64,000 nt of DNA from an uncultured Aquificales bacterium (GCA_964453345.1 CAYVOC010000001.1:28468-92467); one strand, 5' to 3'; numbered from the stretch's first letter, positions 50,557 through 60,922 are shown. Numbers and translations: made by a program. Notes: generated by a model not told the origin, from the sequence alone.

Positions 50557-52965
50557 ATGGGCCTTTCCAGAAGGGAGTTTTTGAAGAGAATGGCTGCGGT
50601 CACCGCAGCCTCCATGGTGGGGTTGCATCTGCCCCTTGACCTTTCGGGAAACGAGGCCAAGGCCGCCACTGCGGATAAATGGGTAAGGGGGACCTGCAGG
50701 TTCTGCGGCGTGGGGTGCAGGGTTGAGCTTGGAATAAAGGACGGCAAGCCCGTTGCCATAAGGGGAGTGCCGGACTCCAAAACCAACTTCGGCTTTTTGT
50801 GCATGAAGGGAATGCTCTTTTATAAGATAATGGTTCATCCGGACAGGCTGAAGAAACCCTTGTATCGTGAAAGGAAGGATCAGCCCTTCAGGGAGATATC
50901 CTGGGAAGAGGCCCTGGATATAGCCGCCAAAAAATTCGCTGAGGCCGTTAAAAAGTATGGACCAAACTCTGTGGCCTATTACGGATCGGGACAGGCGCTG
51001 ACCGAAGAGACCTATCTCTTCCAGAAGATATTCAGGGCAGGACTCAGGACGAACAACGTGGAGGGCAACCCCAGGCTCTGCATGGCCAGTGCGGTTGGCG
51101 GATATCTTACCTCCTTTGGAGCCGACGAGCCCATCGGTGCCTATGAGGATATAGAGAAGGCCTACTGCTTCTTCATAATCGGGAGCAACATGGCCGAGGC
51201 TCACCCCGTGCTCTTCAGGAGGGTGATGAGAAGGAAGCTCAGTCATCCCGGCGAGGTGAAGGTGATAGTTGCGGATCCGAGGATATCCCCCACATCCAGA
51301 ATAGCCGATCTGCATCTGCAGTTCAGACCCGGAACGGATCTGGCCCTGCTCAACGCCATGGCCTATGTGATAATCGAAGAAAAACTCTACGATGAGGGCT
51401 TTATAAAGGATTACTGTGTCTTCAAGGTGGGCAAGGGCAAAACGGTCAGCTTTGAGGATTACAAGCGCTTCTTACAGGATTACACCCCCGAGAAGGCCGC
51501 CAGGATCTGCGGCGGCAACATAACCCCGGAAAAGATCAGGCAGGCCGCCAGGTGGTTCGCCAAATCCAAGGCAACCATGTCCATGTGGACCATGGGTCTT
51601 AACCAGAGAAGCAGGGGCGTGTGGGCGAACAACCTGGTCCACAACCTGCACCTTCTTACGGGACAGCTCTGTAAGCCGGGAGCCGACAGCTTCTCCCTCA
51701 CGGGCCAGCCCAACGCCTGCGGTGGTGTGAGGGAGGGTGGCGGTCTGTGCCACATACTTCCCGGACACAGGCCCGTTAAGGTTGCAAAGCTGCGCCACGA
51801 GGTTGAAAGGCTCTGGGGCGTTCCCGAGGGGAGGATCCCTCCCAAGCCGGGTTATCACACCATTGCCATGTTCAGAGCCGTGAACGAAGGGAAGATAAAG
51901 GCCCTGTGGGTCAACTGCACAAGCCCCGCCCAGAGCCTGCCCAACTGCGATCTCTACAGAAAGGGGATGGCGAGGGACGATGTCTTTATCGTGGTCACGG
52001 ATATATTCCCCACCAAGACCACAAAACTTGCCAACCTCGTTCTGCCCACCGCCTTCCACTTTGAGAAGACGGGGGTTTACGGATGCACGGAGAGGAGATC
52101 CCAGCTCACGCTCAAGGCCATAGATCCCCCCGGCGAGGCTAAACCCGAGGTCTGGATAGTCAGGGAGTGGGCCCTGAGGCTGGCGAAATACCTGAAGGAT
52201 CCGGTTATAAAGAAGCTGGTTGAGCCCTTCATCGGTCTTGAGCCGGGCTTTGAGCTGCCCAAGGCCATCTGGACCGAATACACCCAGAAGCTGACCAAGG
52301 GCAGGGACAACGATCTTTCCGGTGCCACCTATGAGGTGCTTATGAAGCGGCCCGATGGGGTCCAGTGGCCTGCTCCCACGGTGGAGATAGCCATGAGGGG
52401 TGGGACCTACAAGAAGTTTGTCAGGGGAATAGATCCCCTTGCCGACAGGCACGCCAAGGACACCAAGCCCTATCAGTTCTACGGTCCTGCCCATAAGGAT
52501 AAAAAACTCTACATATGGCTCAGGCCCTACAAGGGCGCTGCTGAGGAACCCGATGCCGAGTATCCCTTCTATCTGTCAACGGGAAGGGTTATCGATCACT
52601 GGCATACCTCAAGCATGACCGGAAGGATTATAGAGCTTCTCAGGGCCAATCCCTACGCCTATGTTGAGATTAATCCTAAGGACGCCAGAAGGCTCGGGAT
52701 CAAGCCCAACGATATGGTGGAGGTGGAGACCAGAAGGGGCAAGATCGTTCTTCCTGCCAAGGTGGTTGAGGGACCCATGGAGGGAATGGTCTTTGTATAC
52801 TGGCACGACATGGCCGAGGAGAGGATGGCGAATCGTGTCACCAAGGATGCCTTTGATCCCGGTTCCAAGGAGCCCGAATACAAGATCTGCGCCTGCAGGA
52901 TAAGGAGGGTTTCCGGTCCCAAGCCCTTGAAGCCCTTCGTGGAGGGAATGAGCAAGGCCATATAA
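50557..52965 (+). CDS. napA: periplasmic nitrate reductase catalytic subunit
   Basis: Tat signal SRREFLK, CRFCGVGC..C [4Fe-4S] motif, GSGQ, RLCMASAV (Cys Mo ligand), SLTGQPNACG, GR..DHWH. Confidence 0.93.
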   Translation: MGLSRREFLKRMAAVTAASMVGLHLPLDLSGNEAKAATADKWVRGTCRFCGVGCRVELGIKDGKPVAIRGVPDSKTNFGFLCMKGMLFYKIMVHPDRLKKPLYRERKDQPFREISWEEALDIAAKKFAEAVKKYGPNSVAYYGSGQALTEETYLFQKIFRAGLRTNNVEGNPRLCMASAVGGYLTSFGADEPIGAYEDIEKAYCFFIIGSNMAEAHPVLFRRVMRRKLSHPGEVKVIVADPRISPTSRIADLHLQFRPGTDLALLNAMAYVIIEEKLYDEGFIKDYCVFKVGKGKTVSFEDYKRFLQDYTPEKAARICGGNITPEKIRQAARWFAKSKATMSMWTMGLNQRSRGVWANNLVHNLHLLTGQLCKPGADSFSLTGQPNACGGVREGGGLCHILPGHRPVKVAKLRHEVERLWGVPEGRIPPKPGYHTIAMFRAVNEGKIKALWVNCTSPAQSLPNCDLYRKGMARDDVFIVVTDIFPTKTTKLANLVLPTAFHFEKTGVYGCTERRSQLTLKAIDPPGEAKPEVWIVREWALRLAKYLKDPVIKKLVEPFIGLEPGFELPKAIWTEYTQKLTKGRDNDLSGATYEVLMKRPDGVQWPAPTVEIAMRGGTYKKFVRGIDPLADRHAKDTKPYQFYGPAHKDKKLYIWLRPYKGAAEEPDAEYPFYLSTGRVIDHWHTSSMTGRIIELLRANPYAYVEINPKDARRLGIKPNDMVEVETRRGKIVLPAKVVEGPMEGMVFVYWHDMAEERMANRVTKDAFDPGSKEPEYKICACRIRRVSGPKPLKPFVEGMSKAI

Positions 52966-52966
52966 A

Positions 52967-53001
52967 CGGGTTCGGGGAGGGATAACTCCCTCCCCGGCTC
53001 G
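52967..53001 (+). other. intercistronic GC-rich hairpin between napA and napD
   Basis: cgggttcggggaggga-taac-tccctccccggctcg, about 15-bp stem, no U-tract. Confidence 0.6.
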
Positions 53002-53016
53002 ATTAGGAGGTTTTGG

Positions 53017-53304
53017 ATGCCCATCGGCGGTTTTGTGGTGACTGTGTTGCCGGATCACAGGGATCAGGTGGCGGGCAGGGTTGAGGCCATTGAGGGTGCT
53101 GAGGTTTACGGGTGGGATGATAAGGGAAACCTTGTGGTGGTTATAGAGACGGAGACCTCGGATGATATGGAAAGGCTGGTTGATGAGATAAAGGAATACG
53201 ATGGGGTTGTATCCGTGGGCCTTGCCTATCTCTACTTTGAGGATGAGGTGGAAAAAATTGAGCGGGGAGAAATCAAACCGGAAATCCCGAGAAGAAAAAA
53301 TTAG
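53017..53304 (+). CDS. napD: NapA chaperone NapD
   Basis: 95 aa, IGGFVV, G.LVVVIE, GVVSVGLAY; follows napA. Confidence 0.88.
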   Translation: MPIGGFVVTVLPDHRDQVAGRVEAIEGAEVYGWDDKGNLVVVIETETSDDMERLVDEIKEYDGVVSVGLAYLYFEDEVEKIERGEIKPEIPRRKN

Positions 53305-53887
53305 CAGAAGGAATTTCTTGGCCCTTCTTTCCACATCCTTTGTATCCTTGCTTGCCTTGGGTGATAAGTCGGCTGAGGCTTCCCTCTTCAAATCCCCTGT
53401 CGCCACCAACAGGTTGAGGCCCCCCGGGGCTGTTCCCGAGGAGATTTTTGCCGGAAAGTGCATCAGGTGCGGCCGTTGTGCCGAGGTGTGTCCCTATCGG
53501 TGCATACGTGTGCTGGATATAAGATGGGGTGTCTGGGCGGGAACCCCTCTCATCTTTGTGGATGAGAACCCCTGCTATCTGTGTATGAAGTGTGTGGAGG
53601 TCTGTCCCACGGGAACCTTAGTCAAGATAAAGCAGAGTGAGACCAGGATGGGGCTGGCGGTTATAAACAAGCGTTACTGTGTTACCTGGAGGGAGATGGC
53701 TCTGTGCCGCAGCTGTTACAACGCCTGCCCCTTCAAGGATGTGGCCATAAGGCTGGAGGAACTCAAGCCCGTGGTTGTGGAGGACAAGTGCACGGGCTGT
53801 GGGCTGTGCGTTCACGCCTGCCCCATGAATCCGAAGGCGATAAACGTTGAACCCATATACTCCTTCGCCAGGGTCAAGTGGAAATGA
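53258..53887 (+). CDS. napG: NapG/MauM ferredoxin-type protein
   Basis: Tat SRRNFL, LRPPGA, CIRCGRC..CP, C..C..C..CP repeats; TTG start at 53258 inferred from a GAGGT RBS. Confidence 0.88.
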   Translation: MSGEKSNRKSREEKISRRNFLALLSTSFVSLLALGDKSAEASLFKSPVATNRLRPPGAVPEEIFAGKCIRCGRCAEVCPYRCIRVLDIRWGVWAGTPLIFVDENPCYLCMKCVEVCPTGTLVKIKQSETRMGLAVINKRYCVTWREMALCRSCYNACPFKDVAIRLEELKPVVVEDKCTGCGLCVHACPMNPKAINVEPIYSFARVKWK

Positions 53888-54666
53888 AGAGGATCAAGTA
53901 TAGAAACCTCAGGTTTCTTTCGCTGACGGCGGCCTTTTTGATCATTCTGGTCAATCCCTTTTTGAACTACTACTTTCACTTCAACTTTATCCAGGGGTGG
54001 TATCAGTCCATAGGCATAGGCAAGCTCTGGTTCGTTTCACCCCTTGAGGGTCTGGAGTCCATACTCGTTTCCAAGCTCATCTACCTTCCCCTGATTATAG
54101 CCATGCTTATTCCTGTTACCGTTGCCCTGTTTCTGGGCAGGGTCTTCTGCAGCTGGATATGTCCCATAAGCTTTCTCTCCGAGCTTTCGGATAGGCTCTG
54201 GAGGAGGGTTTACAAGAGGGATAGGCTGCTTCTTCCAAAGTGGTTTCTGTGGTTTTCCCTTATCACGGAGCTTCTGCTTGCCATGATTATCGCTGCTCCC
54301 ATCTTCGTCTTTCTTTCCCCTCCCGGTCTTGTGGGAAGGGAGATTATGATGATGGTCTTCTTCAAGAGATTTGCCCCGGAGGGCGTTATCGTCTTTGCCG
54401 TTTTGCTGATGCACTTTGTGACCAGAAGGTTTTTCTGCAGATACTTCTGCCCCTTGGGGGCGCTGCTTGCCTTTCTGGGTATGAAGAGAAAGCTTGTGGT
54501 GAAAAGGCAGAAGGATCTGTGCGTTAACTGCGGCGCCTGCGATAGGGTGTGTCCCTTGGGCATAGATCCTTCAAAGATGGATAAGCCCTCTGCTTACTGC
54601 TGGAACTGCGGGGAGTGCGTTGATGTCTGCAAAAAATCGGCCATCCGTTTCAAGTGGGAGCTGTAG
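53884..54666 (+). CDS. napH: NapH/MauN membrane ferredoxin (quinol dehydrogenase)
   Basis: TM helices, GRVFCSWICP, RFFCRYFCPLG, two CxxCxxCxxxC motifs. Confidence 0.9.
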   Translation: MKRIKYRNLRFLSLTAAFLIILVNPFLNYYFHFNFIQGWYQSIGIGKLWFVSPLEGLESILVSKLIYLPLIIAMLIPVTVALFLGRVFCSWICPISFLSELSDRLWRRVYKRDRLLLPKWFLWFSLITELLLAMIIAAPIFVFLSPPGLVGREIMMMVFFKRFAPEGVIVFAVLLMHFVTRRFFCRYFCPLGALLAFLGMKRKLVVKRQKDLCVNCGACDRVCPLGIDPSKMDKPSAYCWNCGECVDVCKKSAIRFKWEL

Positions 54667-54669
54667 GTC

Positions 54670-55293
54670 ATGAAGGTTGTGTGTATATGCGGGCCCCACA
54701 ACAGCGGAAAAACAACCCTGATGAAAAGATTGATAGAGGAGCTTTCGCAAAAGGGGCTTTGGGTAAGTGCGGCCAAATCCACCAAGCATAGGGATCTGTT
54801 TCTGGAAACCGGAAGGGATAGCTCCATCCTTGTGGATGCGGGAAGCCGTGAGGTGGGGGTTTTTGAACCGAAAAGAACAGTTTTCTTTTTGGAGGGAGCC
54901 GTTTCGCCGGAGCTGATCCCCTTTATGTTTACCTGTGATGTGCTGCTGCTGGAGGGCTTTCGGCACAGCCCGTTTCCAAAGATAGCCATCTACAAGGGTG
55001 ATGATGAAGACTACTGGCGGGACGTCGATAATGTGGTGGCGGCTATTGCGCCGCCTTCTGTTTCCGTTCCCTGGCAGGTTCCCCGCTTTCTCTTTGAGGA
55101 TGTGGAAAGGATAGCGGACTTTATTCGGCAAGAAGCACCGGACTTTGAAGGGGTGCTGCTTGAGGTCAACGGCAGAGTTGTGGGAATGAAGCCCTTTGTG
55201 CAGAGACTGCTCAGGGATGCGGTTATGGGAATTGTAAAGAACCTGAAGAATACGGAAAACGCCCGGCAGGTGAAAATAAGGATTGTGTTGTAG
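54670..55293 (+). CDS. mobB: molybdopterin-guanine dinucleotide biosynthesis protein B
   Basis: GPHNSGKTTL, DS..L..AG, LLEGF. Confidence 0.85.
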   Translation: MKVVCICGPHNSGKTTLMKRLIEELSQKGLWVSAAKSTKHRDLFLETGRDSSILVDAGSREVGVFEPKRTVFFLEGAVSPELIPFMFTCDVLLLEGFRHSPFPKIAIYKGDDEDYWRDVDNVVAAIAPPSVSVPWQVPRFLFEDVERIADFIRQEAPDFEGVLLEVNGRVVGMKPFVQRLLRDAVMGIVKNLKNTENARQVKIRIVL

Positions 55294-55297
55294 AACT

Positions 55298-55336
55298 GGG
55301 GGAGGGTGGGGGAGATCCCCCCGATCCCCCTTTTAT
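55298..55336 (+). terminator. intrinsic terminator of the nap operon
   Basis: G-rich/C-rich stem followed by TTTTATT between convergent genes. Confidence 0.65.
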
Positions 55337-56919
55337 TCAAGCAGTATCCTTTCGGCTTCCTCTCTGTAGGCGTCCATCACGTAGGGGATGCCGGAGACTC
55401 TGGCTGCCTCCTCTGTGAGCGCCATGAGATCGTTGCGGGATATGGTTGAGAGCTTGAAGTTTCTGCTTCCCGCCATGAGCTGCTGGAGTCCCACCTTGAA
55501 CTTCTGGCAGAAGGTATACATGGCTATGGCTCCGAGGGGCATCTTGTCCACTTCGCTGCCGTATTTGGCCTTCAGCTCCTCGTAGCAGATGAAGATCTCC
55601 TCCACCGTGTTTCCGTATTTGGCGACGGTCTTGGGAAGCTTGCCTTCCTTGAGCCACTTGCCGATGTTCTTGCCCACCATTCCGGGAATCATGAGCGCCC
55701 TTCCCATGCAGACCGCCTTCACATAGGGAGCGCCCATGGCTATGGCCTTGAAGACGCCGTCCTCTGTGGAGAAGCCTCCGCCGATGGCTATATCGGGAAC
55801 CCTGAAGCCCTTCTCCTCAAGCTTCTTGCAGAACTGGTAGGCCAGCGCCTCGAGGTAGAAGGTGGGGATACCCCACTCGTTCATCATGGGCCAGGGGCTC
55901 ATTCCGGTTCCGCCGGGTGCGCCGTCTATGGTGATAAGATCAAGTCCCGCCTCGGCTCCGAATCTCAAAGCCATTGCCAGATCCACGGCGGAGTAGGCTC
56001 CCGTCTTCAGGGTGATCCTCTTGAAGCCCAGCTTTCTCAGCCTTTCTATCTCCTTGAAGAAGGACTCCCTGGTGACAAACCCGAGCCTTGAGTGCCTCTC
56101 AAACTCCTTGATCTCCCCTTCCTCAAAGGCCTTTCTCACCGCGGGGTTTTCGGGATCGGGAAGGACAACGTATCCCCTTCTCTTCAGTTCAATTGCCCTC
56201 TCAATGTCCCTTACCTTTATCTCTCCACCTATGCTCTTGGCGCCCTGTCCCCACTTGAGCTCGATGGTTTCAAGGTGGTGCTTCTCTATAAGGTATTCGG
56301 CAACGCCGAGCCTTGTGTCCTCAACGTTCATCTGGACAAGTATCTCGCCGTAGCCCTCGTGATACCTTTTGTAGGACTCTATCCTGCGGTCCATCTCGGG
56401 GGATTTTTTGACCTTACCGTTTGAGTCAAGCTCAAGCTCCGGATCCACGCCGCACACGTTCTCACCGCACACCAGGGTGATTCCGGAGATGGCTGCGCCC
56501 ACCGCGAAGTGCTCCCAGTTCTTGCGGGCTATGTCGGTGGATCCCAGTGCGCCTGTGAAGATGGGAAGGCGCATCTTCACCTTCTTCTCCCATCCGTATT
56601 CCGTTGTGGTGTCCACGTTGGAGAAGATGGCCTCATCGGGTCCCGCGTTTTCTCCAAGGCCCTTTGCGCCCCTGGCATAGCCCTGGATGCTCAGGTGGGA
56701 ATAGTCCACAGGATAATCCTTGTCCGCACCGGCCGTTATCTCCCCGTAGGGCTGGGGATACAGCACTTCCCTGCCCCTAAAGGAGGCAAGCCAGATCTCA
56801 CATCCGCCTGTGCAGCCGTCTATGCATCTGGTGCACAGTCCGGACATGGGAACAACGTTTCTTGAGCGGTTAAAGGTCTGGGTTGCGTCGTTCGCATTGG
56901 GCCTTCTCAGGTTTCCCAT
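55333..56919 (-). CDS. stand-alone FMN-binding glutamate synthase family protein
   Basis: N-terminal CTRCIDGCTGGC, ELKWGQGAKSIGGE, IDGAPGGTG, MGR; AGGAGGT RBS. Confidence 0.88.
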   Translation of the reverse strand: MGNLRRPNANDATQTFNRSRNVVPMSGLCTRCIDGCTGGCEIWLASFRGREVLYPQPYGEITAGADKDYPVDYSHLSIQGYARGAKGLGENAGPDEAIFSNVDTTTEYGWEKKVKMRLPIFTGALGSTDIARKNWEHFAVGAAISGITLVCGENVCGVDPELELDSNGKVKKSPEMDRRIESYKRYHEGYGEILVQMNVEDTRLGVAEYLIEKHHLETIELKWGQGAKSIGGEIKVRDIERAIELKRRGYVVLPDPENPAVRKAFEEGEIKEFERHSRLGFVTRESFFKEIERLRKLGFKRITLKTGAYSAVDLAMALRFGAEAGLDLITIDGAPGGTGMSPWPMMNEWGIPTFYLEALAYQFCKKLEEKGFRVPDIAIGGGFSTEDGVFKAIAMGAPYVKAVCMGRALMIPGMVGKNIGKWLKEGKLPKTVAKYGNTVEEIFICYEELKAKYGSEVDKMPLGAIAMYTFCQKFKVGLQQLMAGSRNFKLSTISRNDLMALTEEAARVSGIPYVMDAYREEAERILLE

Positions 56920-56974
56920 TCTCTACCTCCTTTTGAGAATTGTGGCGAGAAATTGCCAATAGCTTATACAAAAT

Positions 56975-58180
56975 TTAGCTGGGGTTTGCAACCCTTAGCG
57001 CCTCTAAAATTTCCCCCTTGCGGGCGATTTCCCTTTCGGCCTCTACTATGACGAAACCCTGGCAGATTGCGCTTGTTAGATAATTTGACGTCAGCTGGCT
57101 TCCGGCGGAGTAGGCTATGATTCTTCCGTTTTCGTGTTTGAAGTTTGCCCTTATGAAGTAGACCTTCCCCTTGCGGGATTTGAAGTCTTCCCCTGCTATC
57201 ACCTTGAAGTAGGTGTTGTCGGGCTTTGAATATCCCTGCATCTTCCTGAGGGCGGGCACCAGAAACTCCAGGGCGTTTACCAGCATGGCCGATGGGTATC
57301 CTGGCAGGCCAAAGAAGAGTTTCCCATTTTTGGTCCCAAAACAAAGGGGTCTTCCCGGTTTTATGTTGGTGTATTCAAACTTCACATCCACTTCTATCAT
57401 GGAGAGGGCTTTTTTGATGTAATCCGCCTTTCCCACCGAAACCCCTCCTGTGGTGACCACCGCATCGTAGCGCTCAAGGCACATGTTCAGGGTTTCGGCT
57501 ATCCCTTCGGGGTTATCCTCCACTATGCCCATGTATGAAACCTGGGCGTATCTTTTCAGCATCGATTTCAGAATGATGCTGTTGACGTTTCTTATCGCGC
57601 CTTTGTCGGTGCAGAAGGGTTCCCTGATTTCGCTGCCTGTGGCAACTATTGCCACCCTTGGTCTGGAAAATACCCTTACCTGGTATATTCCGAGCCTTGC
57701 AAGAAGCCCCACTTTTCTGTAGTCGAGCTCCTCTCCTCTGGGAAGCACCCTTTCCCCGCAGCGGATTTCCGATGCAGGTGGGTTGATGTAATCGCCTGTT
57801 CGGGGAGGGGTTCTGGGCTTTAGGATGTCTCCCTCAACCTCTGCGTCCTCCACCCTTACCACGGCGTTTGCCCCCTGGGGCAGAAAGGCCCCCGTTGCCA
57901 CATAGCATGCCTCGTTCTCTTTAAGGGTGAAGCTGGGTGTGTCTCCCGCAAGTATCCTGCCGATGATGCGAAACTCCTTCTGTGGCGCCTCAGGATTCAC
58001 TTTTACGGCGTATCCGTCCATGGCCGATGTGGCACAGGAAGGTATATCTTCTTGAGAGATGATATCCTCTGCGAGCACCCTACCTGTGGCCTCCTCGATT
58101 GTGACCACTTCTGTCCCGAGCTCCCTTGCGTGCTCAAGTATGATCCTTTTTGCCTCTTCCCTTTTCACCCTTTTGCCCAT
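56975..58180 (-). CDS. moeA: molybdopterin molybdotransferase
   Basis: GRVLAED, SAMDGYAV, TGSE, TGGVSVG..D, IKPGRP, LPGYP. Confidence 0.93.
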   Translation of the reverse strand: MGKRVKREEAKRIILEHARELGTEVVTIEEATGRVLAEDIISQEDIPSCATSAMDGYAVKVNPEAPQKEFRIIGRILAGDTPSFTLKENEACYVATGAFLPQGANAVVRVEDAEVEGDILKPRTPPRTGDYINPPASEIRCGERVLPRGEELDYRKVGLLARLGIYQVRVFSRPRVAIVATGSEIREPFCTDKGAIRNVNSIILKSMLKRYAQVSYMGIVEDNPEGIAETLNMCLERYDAVVTTGGVSVGKADYIKKALSMIEVDVKFEYTNIKPGRPLCFGTKNGKLFFGLPGYPSAMLVNALEFLVPALRKMQGYSKPDNTYFKVIAGEDFKSRKGKVYFIRANFKHENGRIIAYSAGSQLTSNYLTSAICQGFVIVEAEREIARKGEILEALRVANPS

Positions 58181-58181
58181 C

Positions 58182-59201
58182 CTATCCCCTCCCGAAGGGG
58201 CATACCGGAAAGACGCAGACGTTGCATCTGTGGCACAGCCCCCCGTGGAACTTTCTCGCCACCATCTCTCTGGTTATTTCTCTTCCCGTAAGTATATAGG
58301 GCAGCCAGACGTCTAAGGAGGTGGCCCTGAAAAAGAGGGCGGCCGCCGGGACCGCTATGACGGGGACTTCGTCTACCCATCCCATTGTCAGCATGTTCCC
58401 CGGTTGCATGGGGTTGCCCCTTATGAAGTTTCGGGCACCCGCCTCCCGTATCGCCCTGTAGGTGACATCGTCCGGATCCACGGATGTGCCCCCGGTGAGA
58501 AGGACCAGATCGTATCTCTGGCAGAACTCCTTTATCTTCTCTTTGATGTCCGGGAGGCTATCCGGCAGTATCACCTTCTCCTCAATCTTCACCAGAAGCT
58601 CCTCGAGCTTGGGGCGGAGTCTGTCGTAAAACTTATCCTTTATCCTTCCGGTGTAGATTTCGGTTCCGGTTATTATAAGCCCCGCCCTTTTGGGGGTGAG
58701 GGGATCCACGGATATGGCATCCTTACCGATTTCAGCGGCCCTTTCAATCTCATCCCTTTTGGCGACAAGTGAGATGATCCTTACCGCTGCCACCACATCC
58801 CCCTCTCTGACCACCATCCCGTCGTGGATGGTGGCGCAGGACGGCTCCCCGATGAGGTTGAACTCTGTTAGCGCTTCGACATTTATCCGTGTGACCCCAT
58901 AGACGGAGGAGTATATCTTTATCTTTCCCTCGGATGGCTCCTCGTCCCTGTATGTGTTTTGCCCCATGAGGGCGTCCGCCAGGATCACGGCGGCGTCATC
59001 CTCGTGGATTTCGTCCTCCTTCAGCTCAAGTATGTAGATGAACTCCTTGCCCAGCCTTTTCAGCTTGGGGATGTCCTCTTCTCTTATGATGTGTCCCTTT
59101 TTGAAGGCCGCTCCCTTCACGCCCCTTTCGGGATCCACCTCGGTTATGTCATGGCAGAGGACCATCCCCACCGCATCCTCAACCTTCACCAACTTTGCCA
59201 T
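58182..59201 (-). CDS. molybdopterin-binding (MoeA/CinA-like) protein with C-terminal Cys cluster
   Basis: [40 protein letters not shown]. Confidence 0.8.
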   Translation of the reverse strand: MAKLVKVEDAVGMVLCHDITEVDPERGVKGAAFKKGHIIREEDIPKLKRLGKEFIYILELKEDEIHEDDAAVILADALMGQNTYRDEEPSEGKIKIYSSVYGVTRINVEALTEFNLIGEPSCATIHDGMVVREGDVVAAVRIISLVAKRDEIERAAEIGKDAISVDPLTPKRAGLIITGTEIYTGRIKDKFYDRLRPKLEELLVKIEEKVILPDSLPDIKEKIKEFCQRYDLVLLTGGTSVDPDDVTYRAIREAGARNFIRGNPMQPGNMLTMGWVDEVPVIAVPAAALFFRATSLDVWLPYILTGREITREMVARKFHGGLCHRCNVCVFPVCPFGRG

Positions 59202-59204
59202 TGC

Positions 59205-60254
59205 TCACGCCTCCTCGGGTATTAGATGAAACAACCTTGTGGAAAAGAGAAAGTCGGTTCTTTTGCCAGGTTCTAACACGAGATTGGGGGCCAAGGATAG
59301 GGGGAGACTGAAGGTGAGCGCATCCCCTTCTCCCATCTCAACCAGTATGTTTACGCTGTCTCCCACCCTTTCTACCCTCAGGATTTTCACTTCTATTCTA
59401 ATGGTGTGCCTTTCCTTCTTCAAAGCTAAGGCCGCAGATGGAATGAGGAGATAGGCTCTTCCCCTTATGCTGTATCTTTTGGGTATGGTTATTCTGTGGG
59501 CAGGCGGGATCGTGATTTCCGTCCGGTTCTCTCCTGCTTCCGTCACGAGCACGCGGACGAAGTTCTTGTGTCCCAAAAGCTCTGCGATCTTTTTGGAGGC
59601 CGGAAAGAAGAAGATCTTTTCGGCCCTTCCCCATTGAGCCACGTTGCCCTTTAGATATATGGCGCAGTTGCCGCCCAAGGACAGCATCTCCTTTACATCG
59701 TGGGTCACCATGATGAGGGGTATCCCGTGGGCTATGCACAGCTCCTTTATCATGGAAAGAAGCCTCGCCCTCAGGGTTGCGTGTATGGAGGAGAGGGGTT
59801 CGTCTAAAAGAAGCAGCCTGGGGCGTATGGCGAGCGCCCTCACAAGCGCCGCCCTCTGGCTCTCACCGCCGGACAGGTTTTTCGGGTATTTTTCAAGAAG
59901 CTCTCCTATCTCCGCCCTGTCAACAAGGTATTTTACCCAGTCTTTGTCGATCCCTTTGCCAAAGGTGATGTTTTCAAAGACTGTGAGATGGGGAAAGAGG
60001 GCGTGGTTCTGGGGAAGGTATCCCACCCTTCTCTCGTTGACCGGCAGAGAGATCTTTCTGCTGGAGTCGTAAAATACCTTTTCGCCTATCTTTATGTATC
60101 CCTCATCCGGCTTTATGAGACCCGCTATTGCCTTCAGGGTGAGGCTCTTGCCGGAACCGGAGGGACCAAAGATGACGTTTATAAGGCTATTGCTTTTCCA
60201 GTGGACGTCTAAGGTGAATCTGCCGAGCCCCTTTTTGAGCCTTACTTCAACCAT
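59205..60254 (-). CDS. modC: molybdate ABC transporter ATP-binding protein
   Basis: [25 protein letters not shown]. Confidence 0.88.
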   Translation of the reverse strand: MVEVRLKKGLGRFTLDVHWKSNSLINVIFGPSGSGKSLTLKAIAGLIKPDEGYIKIGEKVFYDSSRKISLPVNERRVGYLPQNHALFPHLTVFENITFGKGIDKDWVKYLVDRAEIGELLEKYPKNLSGGESQRAALVRALAIRPRLLLLDEPLSSIHATLRARLLSMIKELCIAHGIPLIMVTHDVKEMLSLGGNCAIYLKGNVAQWGRAEKIFFFPASKKIAELLGHKNFVRVLVTEAGENRTEITIPPAHRITIPKRYSIRGRAYLLIPSAALALKKERHTIRIEVKILRVERVGDSVNILVEMGEGDALTFSLPLSLAPNLVLEPGKRTDFLFSTRLFHLIPEEA

Positions 60255-60922
60255 TTTTCGGTGACCCTGTTGATGAGGATAAGAAGGCTTACCGATACTG
60301 CCGCCGCAATTGCTGCAAGAAGATTTGCCCTGTGAAACTGCCCCTCGGATACGGCGTTGTATATCTCTATGGGTAAGGTGGTGGTCTTGAAGGGAATGTT
60401 TCCTGCAAGCATCAGGGTTATGCCGAATTCCCCGAAGGATCTGGCGAAGGCCAGTCCTGTTCCTGCAAGTATCCCGGGCTTTGCCATGGGCAGGACGACC
60501 CTGAAAAAGGTGTATAGCCTTCCCCTTCCCAAGGTGTAGGAGACAAATATGTATTCGGAGTCAACCCCTTCAAAGGCGGCCTTTACCGTTTTGAAAAACA
60601 ACGGGAAGGATGCCACAAAGGCCGCCAGAACCGCCGCATGCCACGTGAAAAGAATTGTGCTTCCGAAAAGCTCATGGATCAACTTCCCCAAGGGGCCGCG
60701 TCTTCCAATGACCAGAAGCAGCAGGTATCCTGTGACGGTGGGGGCAAAGACCACGGGCAGCATAAAGAGGGTTTCAAGAAGTCCCTTCATCCTGAATCTG
60801 CTTCTGGCAAAGATGTAGGCGAGGGGAGTGCCTATGAGAACAACAAGCATGGTGGATATGAGGGAGACTTTTAAAGAGAGCTTTATGGCAAACAGCGCCT
60901 CCCTATCTGCAAACAACCTCAA
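60242..60922 (-). CDS. modB: molybdate ABC transporter permease
   Basis: LP...[20 protein letters not shown]. Confidence 0.92.
   Translation of the reverse strand: MRLFADREALFAIKLSLKVSLISTMLVVLIGTPLAYIFARSRFRMKGLLETLFMLPVVFAPTVTGYLLLLVIGRRGPLGKLIHELFGSTILFTWHAAVLAAFVASFPLFFKTVKAAFEGVDSEYIFVSYTLGRGRLYTFFRVVLPMAKPGILAGTGLAFARSFGEFGITLMLAGNIPFKTTTLPIEIYNAVSEGQFHRANLLAAIAAAVSVSLLILINRVTEKWLK

Noticed and set aside
49870-52494. Long minus-strand ORFs (481 and 340 aa) opposite porin/napA
   Set aside because: Antisense shadows of clearly identified genes
50557-52965. Formate dehydrogenase or selenocysteine-containing molybdoenzyme
   Set aside because: RLCMASA motif, napDGH context and no in-frame TGA
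56943-56959. TGGC...GC element upstream of the glutamate synthase gene as a sigma54 promoter
   Set aside because: GG-to-GC spacing is 9 nt rather than 10 on either strand; only a short imperfect palindrome remains
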